Positions 63,196 to 64,000 of a stretch of DNA of 64,000 bases are shown one piece after another (position 1 is the first letter of the stretch; every line of letters starts with the position of its first letter). Source of the stretch: Glaucostegus cemiculus (lineage: Eukaryota); the NCBI GenBank assembly GCA_976551045.1, contig CDPCPM010000077.1, positions 7,068,001 to 7,132,000 on the forward strand. Reading direction: 5' to 3'. A program made the translations under genes and the position numbers. The notes under the pieces were generated by a model that did no database searches, was not told the origin of the DNA, and saw only the letters and a program-made list of their open reading frames with translations.

Positions 63196-64000
63196 TCTTT
63201 TACCTCTGTGACACTTCCTGCACTAATCTCATACATCTTTATTCCCTTAATACCTAATACTTTGAGTTGAAGACAAAATAATTATTTTTTAAACCACAAG
63301 CAAAAGTGCACCAACTGACTAGCTTCTGAAGGTTTAAACTGAAAACATGGAGCTGGTTCACAGGTCAGTTTGATAACAGGAAATGTTCAGAATTCCATCT
63401 GATTTTAAAATTCCAGCTGTGGATTAGGTTCCTTCTCCGCCTCCACTCTCCATGTGAAACCACTTGCTGGGTAAAGCAATTATTTAAATGTTTACCCTTG
63501 CTCCTTGAACAACTCTTTCTTATTGTTGACCTAGAATATAGAACAGCACAACACAGGAACAGGCCCTTTAGCCCACGACGTCTGTGCCGAACACTATGCC
63601 AAATTAAACCAAACCCCTTCTGCCTGCACACGATCCATATCCCTCCATTCCCTTCACATGCATGTGTCTATCTAAAAGCTTCTTAAACACCACTATTGTA
63701 TCATCTTCCACCACTACCCTTGGCAGCCCGTTTCTGACAACTAACACTCTGTGTAAAATTATACATACTTATCCCGTACATATCCTCTAAACTTCTCCCC
63801 CTCACCTTAAATGCACGTCCTCCAGTATGTGATATCTGGTTTCTAATCCTTGCAGATGCACCTTTACAGAACTAGCTTCCTAATAGAGGTACAGTTAGCA
63901 TAATGCTCTACCTTAACCAACCAGGTTCCAGATTACTTTTTCAAGGCCAAGAGGGATCTTGGGGGTGGTAATGTCAGCCAACATTGATAGAAATAATGGT

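Overview
This window is vertebrate nuclear DNA, with a repeat content typical of a cartilaginous fish (shark or ray; batoid is an inference from the repeat families). It lies entirely inside one + strand gene encoding a type II phosphatidylinositol-5-phosphate 4-kinase, best matching PIP4K2B. Four GT-AG coding exons are present, equivalent to exons 2-5 (98, 97, 153 and 147 nt). Exon 1 lies upstream and the later exons downstream. More than 99% of the window is intron, filled with CR1/HER1-like, Rex1/Babar-like, L2 and RTE LINE fragments, tRNA-derived V-SINEs and DeuSINEs, two solo LTRs with target-site duplications, and a Tc1/mariner-Tigger-like MITE. The most notable observations are: (1) Penelope-like elements with a GIY-YIG tail, inverted pseudo-LTRs and minimal hammerhead ribozyme motifs; (2) a decayed 18S rRNA fragment embedded in an RTE LINE; (3) V-SINEs sharing one head and core but carrying two different LINE-derived tails; (4) a 168-bp locally templated insertion inside nested retroelements; (5) inverted-segment LINE insertions. 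I see no evidence of a new multi-gene system. Apart from those overlapping the exons and TE remnants, the ORF-track hits are not credible genes. Repeat-family names are from recognition, not database searches, and boundaries of old repeats are approximate.
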